The notes under the pieces are model-generated. The model ran no database searches. It was given only the letters and a program-made list of their open reading frames with translations, and was not told the DNA's origin. The translations under genes and the position numbers were made by a program. From positions 1-33,006 of the IMG/VR virus record IMGVR_UViG_3300017560_000026: 33,006 bases of DNA; one strand, 5' to 3'. Positions 16,469 to 25,300 of this stretch are shown here, piece after piece. The DNA is from a virus. Its lineage: Duplodnaviria > Caudoviricetes. Each line of letters opens with the position of its first letter. The first letter of the stretch is position 1.

Positions 16469-17005
16469 ATGGCCGAGCCGACGATCAAGGGGATCGAGCG
16501 GTTCCAGATCTGCCGTATGGACGACGGCATTCGGGACGACCAGCTCTATTTCCGCTACGGGGCAGAGTTCCCGTGGCAGCCGATGGGCTACTACATGACG
16601 GGGTTCTCTCTGCTGTTCCTCGCATACCAGGCGCTCTCCTACAGCTTCACCCCAGGTGTGACGAGTTCATGGTCTTTCGAGTTCTTCCCGCCAGGCTTTT
16701 CCTTGGGGCCTTTTGACTTCCGAGACGGGGGCGGGTACATACGAGTGGTGTGGGGGGCCAGCTCACGGAACGAGAACAGCAGCAGGTTTTCGATGATCCT
16801 TCCAGAGAATACCTACGTCGACCTGTTCACCAAGGACAACGTTAGGCTGGCGAGGGTCCCGTCTGAGCTCGGTCTTCTCTCCCAAGAGCAGATGCTCGAA
16901 ATCGCCAGCCCTGTCCTGGTGCCAGGGACGTGGGACGAGTGGATTCCTGTCGACGGCACCAACAGGGCCATCTCGCAAAGTGTGGACTACGGCACGGCCC
17001 TGTAG
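16469..17005 (+). CDS. Hypothetical 178-aa aromatic-rich protein
   Basis: GAAGGAG RBS; visibly more A/T-ending codons than neighbours. Confidence 0.7.
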   Translation: MAEPTIKGIERFQICRMDDGIRDDQLYFRYGAEFPWQPMGYYMTGFSLLFLAYQALSYSFTPGVTSSWSFEFFPPGFSLGPFDFRDGGGYIRVVWGASSRNENSSRFSMILPENTYVDLFTKDNVRLARVPSELGLLSQEQMLEIASPVLVPGTWDEWIPVDGTNRAISQSVDYGTAL

Positions 17006-17015
17006 GATACCTGTC

Positions 17016-17480
17016 ATGAACACCTTTTCAGCCGGAGAAGCCAAGATCTACGACAGCACCGTGAGCGACTTCATCTCGCGGAAGCACCAACGATTCGCCG
17101 AGGTCCTCGCGGACTACAACGAGTCACTGTCGCTGGAGTTCGTCCCGTCGATGGCTCGGGACGTGGACGACACGAAGCCGTTCCGCATCGTCGAGAACAC
17201 GCCGGAGCGCGGCCGACAGGTCGTGAAGTACCTCACCGAGCGCGAGCTGGACGACCCCGAGGCGATCCTGCTGTGGATCTGGGAGGGCGACTTCCGCAAG
17301 CACAGCCCCGACGCCATCTTCAACCGCCTGGAGGCCAAGCGACTGGCCTCGGAGATCCTCAAGCAGAAGCAGGAGGATGATGAGCGAGAGGAGCGGGTAG
17401 ACTTGCTGGCGAACCTCGTCTCCGGTGGACGGGATCACAAGCACTTCTTCCGCCACGGCGGGCAGACCTTCCGGAGGTAG
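17016..17480 (+). CDS. Hypothetical 154-aa protein (probably leaderless)
   Basis: ATG 7 nt after TAGGAT; typical codon bias. Confidence 0.75.
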   Translation: MNTFSAGEAKIYDSTVSDFISRKHQRFAEVLADYNESLSLEFVPSMARDVDDTKPFRIVENTPERGRQVVKYLTERELDDPEAILLWIWEGDFRKHSPDAIFNRLEAKRLASEILKQKQEDDEREERVDLLANLVSGGRDHKHFFRHGGQTFRR

Positions 17481-17482
17481 TC

Positions 17483-18127
17483 ATGACGCTCAGGCCGAGC
17501 ACCCGAAGCTACGGGATGGTGAAGCGTGCTGTAAAGCGCCTGTTCGGTGATGAGGCCGGTGTGCAGCTCGAAGACCCCGACATCCTCCAGTGGGCCAACG
17601 ATGCCCAGCAGGCCATCAACACGAAGAACAAGATCTTCAAGGCCAAGAGCGTCACGATGAGCGTGCCCGGCCAGGCCAGCTACGAGTTCCCTGTCGAGCT
17701 CATTCAGCAGGTCGAGTCGCTGACCTACGACGGCAGCCCGATTCAGCCGGTCGAGATGGCCGAGGCGCAGATGCGTATCCAGGGCAGCGACCCTCACGGC
17801 ACACAGTCGGGCGCTCCGGTGTGCTGGTACGAGTGGGGCGGAGAGTTCATCCTCTACCCCTACCCGGACACCGCCAAGGAGATCGCGCTCTACTACACCC
17901 GCTACCCGACCCCTCTGACGGGCTCTGAGGAGCAGATGCTCGATGTGCCTGACAAGTATTTCCAGGCCGTCGTCGACTACGTCCTCTGGAAGTGCTACGA
18001 GATGGACGAGGACTGGAACGGAGCTCAGATGAAGGAGGGCCACTTCCGTGGCGCTCTGGAGGAGCAGGCCGAAGAGGAGCGCGAGGTCGCTCACATGGTG
18101 TACCCGACGATCCAGGAGGTCTGGTGA
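17483..18127 (+). CDS. Head-tail adaptor (tail tubular protein A-like)
   Basis: ILQWANDAQ...YEFP...G.P..W...LYPYPD...LYYTRYP..L...VPDKY..AVVDYVLWK pattern; precedes nozzle. Confidence 0.75.
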   Translation: MTLRPSTRSYGMVKRAVKRLFGDEAGVQLEDPDILQWANDAQQAINTKNKIFKAKSVTMSVPGQASYEFPVELIQQVESLTYDGSPIQPVEMAEAQMRIQGSDPHGTQSGAPVCWYEWGGEFILYPYPDTAKEIALYYTRYPTPLTGSEEQMLDVPDKYFQAVVDYVLWKCYEMDEDWNGAQMKEGHFRGALEEQAEEEREVAHMVYPTIQEVW

Positions 18128-20253
18128 CCACCCGCAAGGCCATCATCGTCGGCCCGTTCTCTCGCGGCATCAACACGTTCGACGACCCCACGGCCATCCA
18201 CGACCAGGAGTGTGCAGAGGCCCTGAACTTCGATCCCGGCCTCGACGGATCTCTGAAGAGCAGGCCGCCCTTTACAGACGTTGGAGCTGGAATCCCGTTC
18301 GTCGGCCGGACGCCGAGGCTCCTCGGATTCTTCTACGACACGGCGGGTGTCCCGATCCTGATCGCCAGCGACGGCCTGTCTTCCACGTACAGGTTCTCGT
18401 CCGGGACGTGGACGCTCATCACGAGCACGTTTGCCGCTGCCGACATGACGCAGTTCGATGGCAAGGCTTGGCTCGTAGCCCCTGTCGGAGAGGCTGACCC
18501 TGGAGGGTACTGGACCCCCGCAGGGGGCTTCGTCGCTGACTCTGCGATGCCGAAGGGGTCGAGCATCACTTCGTACAAGAGCCGCCTCTGGGTTGCTCAG
18601 GGGATCGGCGGATCGAACCCGACACGGGTCTACTACTCCAAGGTGCTTGGGCAGCCGAGCTTCTGGACGTCTCCAGCGTTCATCGACGTCGGTTCCGGCG
18701 ATGGTCAGAACGTCGTCAAGATCGTGACCTACTACGACACAATGCTCGTCTTCCGCACCAAGAGCATCTGGAGCTTCCAGTATGGCTCAGATCCTGCCGC
18801 AGCGATCCAAGGTGTGATCGTGCCCGGTGTCGGACTTCAGTCTCGGCACGCTCTCGTCACCTACGAGAACTACCTGTACTTCATGTACGACGAGAAGGCG
18901 TATGAGTTCGTCAACAACCGTGTGAGCCAGATCAACATCAAGGTGCCGTTCCGAACCAACAACCCCGGATCGACGGACACTCCGTTCACTGTGTCGCTGT
19001 TCAACAACCGCGTCCTTTACAGCTTCTACGAGAACATCTACGTCTACAGCCTTCGCACGAAGACGTGGACCACTTGGCGGTCGGACGCTTGGGGACCCAT
19101 CGGTCAGATCATGATGCCCTACACCGACTCGGATGCGGACGTCGGCTACGCTCTCCCGTCCGGCAACGGCTTCAGCTCTGCTGAGGTGTCCCGAAACCTC
19201 ATCTGGAACCCAGAGGCCGCACAGGGAAAGGGCTACTGGGGCAACAGCACAGGGTCCAAGGACATCGCTTTCAACTCCAGTAACCCCTCCGGCTTTGCTG
19301 CCGTTGAGTTCCTCACCACTGGAGATAATGTGAGGTCGCAGGTCCGCACCTACAACACGCGGGTGACACCCGGCCAGGTTATCTATCTGGTGAGCTTCCT
19401 GCGCTCTGCCCAGGCGGGGTCGTTCGAGGGGTACATCTACGCAGACTTCATCGATGAGACGGGAACAGAGGGGGCGGGCAACGGCACCATCGTCGGCTCG
19501 ACCATCTCCGACATCACCTATACGCCCATCACCAACACGGGGTGGACGACGGTCTCCCAGACCATCACGGTTCCGCAGGGAGCGGTGTTCATGAGGACGC
19601 CGACCGGAATCCGTATGCCTGTAGCTACAGCCAACCTGAAGTTCTGGATCGACAAGGCAGGGGCTCTCACGAACGGCGAGACTGAGACCTTCAGCGGATA
19701 CAACGCAGAGACTGAAAATTTCCGGTTCTCCTGGTCCGGAGAAGTGTCTGGCTCCCCTTCGATCAAGGCGAACAACTCCCTCGTCCCGCTTCTCCGGATC
19801 GAGGACGGCTTCGGCAGCGGCAGGGAGGACATGCTCTGCATCCTCCGCACGAAGAACTACAACTTCGATGTACCGGGCTCGTTCAAGGTGCTCTTCTGGT
19901 GGGGCATCGACGCAATCTTCAAGACGGAGATCCAGGGTCAGGTGATCCCTGGCGTCTACAACCTCTCAACGACTTGGGGCAAGCTCTTTACAGAGGCGAT
20001 CTCCTGGGGGACCATCCTCGGAGGCACCTGGGCGCACCCCTACCTGTCGGACTCCTCGGTGACAACGGACGTGAATGCAGGACCGGGGCCGTTCCGGAAG
20101 TTCGTGAAGTTCATGAAGAAGCTGCGGTTCCGGCAGCTCCAGTTCCGGGTGACCTTCAAGACGGACGGATCGGACGCCACAGCGCCTGTCCAGATCTTCA
20201 CGCTCTCGACCTACATGACCGAGAAGCAGACTGTGTCCAAAACGATCTCTTGA
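18124..20253 (+). CDS. Tail nozzle (tubular protein B-like beta-propeller) with an inserted carbohydrate-binding-like domain
   Basis: FSRGINTFDDP, YKSRLWVA, RVYYS blades; insert begins RNLIWNP. Confidence 0.75.
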   Translation: MTTRKAIIVGPFSRGINTFDDPTAIHDQECAEALNFDPGLDGSLKSRPPFTDVGAGIPFVGRTPRLLGFFYDTAGVPILIASDGLSSTYRFSSGTWTLITSTFAAADMTQFDGKAWLVAPVGEADPGGYWTPAGGFVADSAMPKGSSITSYKSRLWVAQGIGGSNPTRVYYSKVLGQPSFWTSPAFIDVGSGDGQNVVKIVTYYDTMLVFRTKSIWSFQYGSDPAAAIQGVIVPGVGLQSRHALVTYENYLYFMYDEKAYEFVNNRVSQINIKVPFRTNNPGSTDTPFTVSLFNNRVLYSFYENIYVYSLRTKTWTTWRSDAWGPIGQIMMPYTDSDADVGYALPSGNGFSSAEVSRNLIWNPEAAQGKGYWGNSTGSKDIAFNSSNPSGFAAVEFLTTGDNVRSQVRTYNTRVTPGQVIYLVSFLRSAQAGSFEGYIYADFIDETGTEGAGNGTIVGSTISDITYTPITNTGWTTVSQTITVPQGAVFMRTPTGIRMPVATANLKFWIDKAGALTNGETETFSGYNAETENFRFSWSGEVSGSPSIKANNSLVPLLRIEDGFGSGREDMLCILRTKNYNFDVPGSFKVLFWWGIDAIFKTEIQGQVIPGVYNLSTTWGKLFTEAISWGTILGGTWAHPYLSDSSVTTDVNAGPGPFRKFVKFMKKLRFRQLQFRVTFKTDGSDATAPVQIFTLSTYMTEKQTVSKTIS

Positions 20254-20267
20254 GGTAAGATGCGATC

Positions 20268-20480
20268 ATGGCTGCGAACTATCTGAACCCTCTCAAGGGC
20301 AAGAACGCCTCGACAGAGGGCGGAGGTGCCTACAACCCCCTGTCGGCAGGTCGCAGGGCCTACGGCGGAGGTCGCCCCTACCCGAACGCAGGAAAGTCCG
20401 GGGCGGCGGCCAAGACCGGCTACACGGAGCGCGATGCTCGTCGCCGGGCCATCATGAAGCGACAGCAGGGAGGCCGATAA
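20268..20480 (+). CDS. Small basic Gly-rich protein, 70 aa (probably leaderless)
   Basis: ATG 6 nt after TAAGAT; coupled to next gene. Confidence 0.65.
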   Translation: MAANYLNPLKGKNASTEGGGAYNPLSAGRRAYGGGRPYPNAGKSGAAAKTGYTERDARRRAIMKRQQGGR

Positions 20481-21232
20481 TGGCATTCAGGATCGACCAG
20501 CCAGCGCGCGGCGGAGCGCCTGCATTCGACATCCGAAACAGTCCGCTGATCCCCAAGCCTGCCCCGAACCTCGGGAAGGGGCCGGTGAACCCTCGCAGTG
20601 CTGCGTGGGCTCCGATGGCCCCTGTCCGGAACGCGCCTCGGACGTCGTCCGCCCCGAAGCGGTCGAGCGGCGGTAGCGGTGGTGGCGGCAGCTTCGGAGG
20701 CGGGAGCACCCTTTACAGCGTGGATGGCGGGGGCGACGGCGGCCTCTCTGTTTCTGTGCCCTCCGAGGAGGACTACCTCAAGGGGGACGCTTCCTACCAG
20801 GCGACCCTGTCCGCGCTGCTGAAGCAGCTGACGAACTTCAACACGGACATCGACACCCAGCTGTCGAACCGGAAGCTCGACTACAGCAATGCCCTGGAGC
20901 AGCTCGGCTACATCGCGCCGTCCGGCGAAGGCGTTGACCCGTCCTGGAACTACGAGGACCAGACAACGGCCGCTGGCCGTGCCTACCAGGCGATGCTCAA
21001 CGACTATGCCGCTCGGAACATGGTCCAGAGCTCTGCCTACGGCGAGGCTCAGAACGACCTCTCTCGTACCCTGAACAAGCAGTACGAGGGTCTCAGCACG
21101 TCGAATGACCAGTTCGTCCAGGACCTCACCCGACAGAAGACCAAGGCTGCGGACGAGAACACCGCAGCGCAGCAGGCTGCACGGGCCGAGGCGATCATGC
21201 GCCGTGCGGCCCAGTACGGATTCGGGGTCTGA
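20480..21232 (+). CDS. Probable internal virion/ejection protein, 250 aa
   Basis: Low-complexity N-terminus plus Q/A helical C-terminus; position after nozzle. Confidence 0.65.
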   Translation: MAFRIDQPARGGAPAFDIRNSPLIPKPAPNLGKGPVNPRSAAWAPMAPVRNAPRTSSAPKRSSGGSGGGGSFGGGSTLYSVDGGGDGGLSVSVPSEEDYLKGDASYQATLSALLKQLTNFNTDIDTQLSNRKLDYSNALEQLGYIAPSGEGVDPSWNYEDQTTAAGRAYQAMLNDYAARNMVQSSAYGEAQNDLSRTLNKQYEGLSTSNDQFVQDLTRQKTKAADENTAAQQAARAEAIMRRAAQYGFGV

Positions 21233-21233
21233 G

Positions 21234-22343
21234 ATGGTTGACAAGAACCGCAACGGCATCGACGACAAGTACGAGGTCGGGCTCCAGCCGATCAACACGG
21301 CGGCCGACGCTCTGGCGGCCTACGAGAAGAAGAACCGGCTCAAGAAGGGGACGATGGTCGACCCCCGAGCGGTCGGCAGCGGTGGGTACTCTGGCTGGGA
21401 CTCCGCAACCATCGCTCAGCGTCAGATGGCAGATCGCACCCCGAAGGTGAGCGATCTGCTCGGCGGCGGAATTCTCAACATGGCTGCTCAGGGACCGGCT
21501 CCCTCCCCTGTCGGAGACACCCCTCTGCCGAGCTTCATGGACTTCCTGAAGCAGGTCAGCTCGATGAGCCAGGGAGGCTTCGGGCAGGTCAACTACGACC
21601 CGCAGCGCAATGACGCACGTCGGCGTGCAGGGGAGTATGACGCCCGGCTCCAGGCCATGTATAACCAGCTGACCAACTCCATTCGGGGTGACGCTGCTGG
21701 CATCAAGCAGAACTACCAGGGCGCTATCGACGACTCTGCTTCTCGCACAGCTGACACGCAGCAGGCTATTCAGGGTGCATCGAACGCGGCCGACGACCGC
21801 AACCTGGAGGTTCTCCGGAACCTCGGAATCGAAGAGGCTCAGGGCAACATCATCGCAGGAGGCCGAGACCTGAACTCCCAGACGGCTGGAGCCGTTGCGG
21901 AAGCTGCCGCTCGCGGTCAGATCTCTGGCGATGCGCTGTCCCGGAACCAGCAGGCGGCTCTGACGCACAACACGAACCTGGCCGGAGCGTCGGGCCTGGA
22001 GGGCAACCTTCAGCGATCTCGCGTGCAGTCGGAGCTTGCATCTCTGCTGGCTCAGTACGACATGCAGGAGCAGGAAGCGAACCGGCAGGCTCAGCAGCAG
22101 TCGCAGTCGCAGAACATGGGCCTGGCGAATGCCCTCTACGAAGACGCCTGGCGTCAGCGTAACTACAATGACGACGTGAGCAAGTGGCTCTTCGAGCAGC
22201 AGAACCAGCCTCAGCCTGTCGACCGGGCAGGTCTGGGCCTGAACTTCGTGACCCAGCTCCAGCAGCAGTTCCCTGACCTGGACATCTCGGACATCGTCAA
22301 GCTCGTTCAGGGCATCGGGACTGCTGGCAAGCTTTACGGTTGA
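21234..22343 (+). CDS. Probable internal virion/ejection protein, 369 aa
   Basis: Q/A-rich helical protein; position. Confidence 0.65.
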   Translation: MVDKNRNGIDDKYEVGLQPINTAADALAAYEKKNRLKKGTMVDPRAVGSGGYSGWDSATIAQRQMADRTPKVSDLLGGGILNMAAQGPAPSPVGDTPLPSFMDFLKQVSSMSQGGFGQVNYDPQRNDARRRAGEYDARLQAMYNQLTNSIRGDAAGIKQNYQGAIDDSASRTADTQQAIQGASNAADDRNLEVLRNLGIEEAQGNIIAGGRDLNSQTAGAVAEAAARGQISGDALSRNQQAALTHNTNLAGASGLEGNLQRSRVQSELASLLAQYDMQEQEANRQAQQQSQSQNMGLANALYEDAWRQRNYNDDVSKWLFEQQNQPQPVDRAGLGLNFVTQLQQQFPDLDISDIVKLVQGIGTAGKLYG

Positions 22344-22360
22344 CCGAGTAGGATTACCTC

Positions 22361-25300
22361 GTGGTCACCTTCTCCGATTACTACAGCCAGATGGCTGCTG
22401 CTGGCTCCCGCCCCCGGCAGCAGCCATCTGCTATGCCGAAGTACGACTTCTCAGGTCTCTCCGGCGCGGCGAAGAACACCGATAAGCCCTACGGCGTGCT
22501 CGACACCATCATCGATGTCCTCAGCCGTCCTCTGTATGGCGTGACAAACGCGGTGACGGGCGTCTCGGAGGGCATCGCTGACTCCCGCGAGAGCGGCAAC
22601 CCGATAGCGGCTGCTGGCGGCATCGCAGCCATCCCAACCAACTTCCTGTCGAGCTTCTTCGGCACCTCCGGTGAGGAGGGCAAGCGCACCTTCAGTCGGG
22701 TCATCGAGGAGCAGACCGACCGTCACGGCAAGATCAACGACCCGAATTACGAGGACATCGAGGACAACGTCAACCCGGTGCTGAAGGGCGTTCTCGGGTT
22801 CGTCGGAGACGTCGGGCTGGACCCGCTGACATACATCCCTGGCGGACTCATCGCCAAGGCCGGGTCGAAGGCCGCGTCTTTCGGCAAGTCTGCTGTAAAG
22901 GGCGTCGAGGACGCCGTCCAGGCCCGCAAGGTCGTGGACGAAGCTGCCCCTGCTGCACGAGCTGTGGACGAAGGCGAGGCGCTTCTCGACGACGCGCTGG
23001 CATCTACGCCTGCTGCCCAGAGAGCGTCTGCACCTGTTCGCACCATCGAGCCGCAGGAGCTCACTCCCGGCACCGTGTCGAAGTGGGCTTCCGAGTCCAA
23101 GATCCCGGAGGTGCAGTCGGCGTGGCTCGACTACAACCGGAAGGTGGAGCGGGCCGCTGGGTCCGTCTCCGGCGACGTCGCCAAGGGCACCTTCCTGTCG
23201 AAGACCCTGCCGGACGCCGAGAAGCAGCTGACCAAGCTCTACGAGCGCTACAACGCTCCGGTGCCGAGGGTCAAGGTGCCGGACAACTACGACCGGACGT
23301 TCACCGAGATGTTCGGGGACGCTGTAAAGAGCCCCGCCGCTGAGGGCATCCGACAGGAGCTGACCAACGTCCTGAAGATGGTCGGTGGCGAAGCCGCGAG
23401 CACAGCCAAGCAGGTCCCTGTCAGGGACTGGATTCGCCAGAACTCGAAGCGAAACCTCTTCGATGCGGAGGACGTACCCAGCGCGCAGCTCAGCGGTCTT
23501 CTCAGTGCGGCCGGGAAGACCCCTATCGGGTCCATAGCCCGTCTCGCCGAGATCACTGGACGGGCCGACCTCCCCATGCCGATTCGCCGTGAGGCGGACT
23601 CGTTCATCAAGCGCTTCCATCAGCGGTCTGCGGCTCAGCCCAGCACCACCGTCACGGATGCCCTGACGGCGTTCGCCGTGCGTCGGCAGCAGAGCGAAGA
23701 CGCTGTGCGGCAGGGCCTCGGCCAGGACATCTTCAACCTGCTGGAGCGGAAGGCGGACGGCAAGTCCGGAGCGAAGGCGTTCGACAAGATCGTCCGCGAG
23801 CTCGGCCGGATGTCGGACATCCGAGGGGACGTCTCCGTGCTCGACCGCGTCAGCGCAGAGGCCCGCGACGCCTTTACAGCGTCTCTCGGTCTGCCGAAGT
23901 ACGTCAAGCCGGAGGCTGGCACGGCCGACGACGTCGCCCGCATTTCGTCCTCGATCCACGCGGCACAGACACCGGCTGACGAGGTGCTGCTGCGCACCTT
24001 CGGCAGCGAGCTCCCTATCGGGGAGGGCTTCAAGAAGAAGTACGTCCACCGCGAGGGCCATGTGGCCTACACCGAGGCCGACAGGGAGCTCCGCTACGGC
24101 CGCCACGTCCGCCAGCTCAACTCGATGTTCCAGTACGACCTCAACAAGCGCCTGTTCGCCGCGATCAGCAAGCGCATGGAAGCGGTGTCCGGTGCTCCCC
24201 TGTCGGAGCTGAAGGGCCTTCAGCGGACGCAACTGTACCGCCAGGCGTTCTACGAGAACTGGGAGGCTCTGTCGCGCTCCCTGGACGGTCTCGGCGTCAA
24301 GCTGCACGTCGGTGTCGGAAAGCAGGAGTTCCTGCCGATGAGCTTCCGCGACGTCGTCGAGCTCACCGAGAAGGGCTTCGCCAATGAGGCGGCAGCTCTG
24401 TCGGCTCTGTTCAACGGCGGCACCTCGATCCCCCCGTCCCGGCTCATGCAGGCGGTTCACTGGGTCACCACGACAGGGGCTCGTGGGGACGACGCTCTCG
24501 AAGGCGTGCGTGAGATCCTCCGGAACAAGAAGATCGCAGGCTACCGAGGCCAGGTGCTCGACCACGACCTGCCGAACTTCTCGACGATGAAGGGTAGGAC
24601 GGCAGCTCACTTCCTGGCGAACGGGGAGAAGGCGGCTCGGCAGTTCGCCAAGGACATCGGCGGCACGGTCACGAAGAACCCGAATGGCGGGTGGCGGGTT
24701 GTCACTGGCAGTGGCGGCCTGACCGAGCACATCGCCCAGGCCGTCGTTCGCGTTGCTGACGCCTATGCTGCTCGTGCGGCCGAGAACAGCGCTGCCTATG
24801 CAGCTCGCGGGCTCTCCGAGGCCAGGAGCCTCACCTCCTCGCAGCTGGCCCGGATCGGCCGCGTGCTGTCCGCTGGGACGATGGACGAGCAGGTCGAAGC
24901 TCTGGCGAAGCTCCGGGCAGGGGTCCAGGAGGCAGGGCAGGAGATCGGCGCATTCCCGAGCTCGGTCCTCGCCGCAGAGGACGCCGTCAAGCAGGCTGTC
25001 GGAGGCTTCGATGTCCAGCGTGCCACCTACCTCCACAAGGCCAAGACCGCAGTCGACGCGAGCAACGTCGCCCGCAAGCCCGCCGTCGCTGAGGCGTCCA
25101 CGAGGGTCAGCTCCAGCACCGGCCGTGAGGCTGATGAGATCGTCGAGGCTGGCGGCTTCGAGGACATCGTCACCCCCGGCGAGAGCTCGACAGCTGTAAA
25201 GGCCCGCGTCAAAGAGGGTGATCCTGAAGTGGAGGTCTACGACCTCGGCATCATGGACAAGAACTACGGCATCCCTGAGCTCGCCGGGCGAGAGGGTGCG

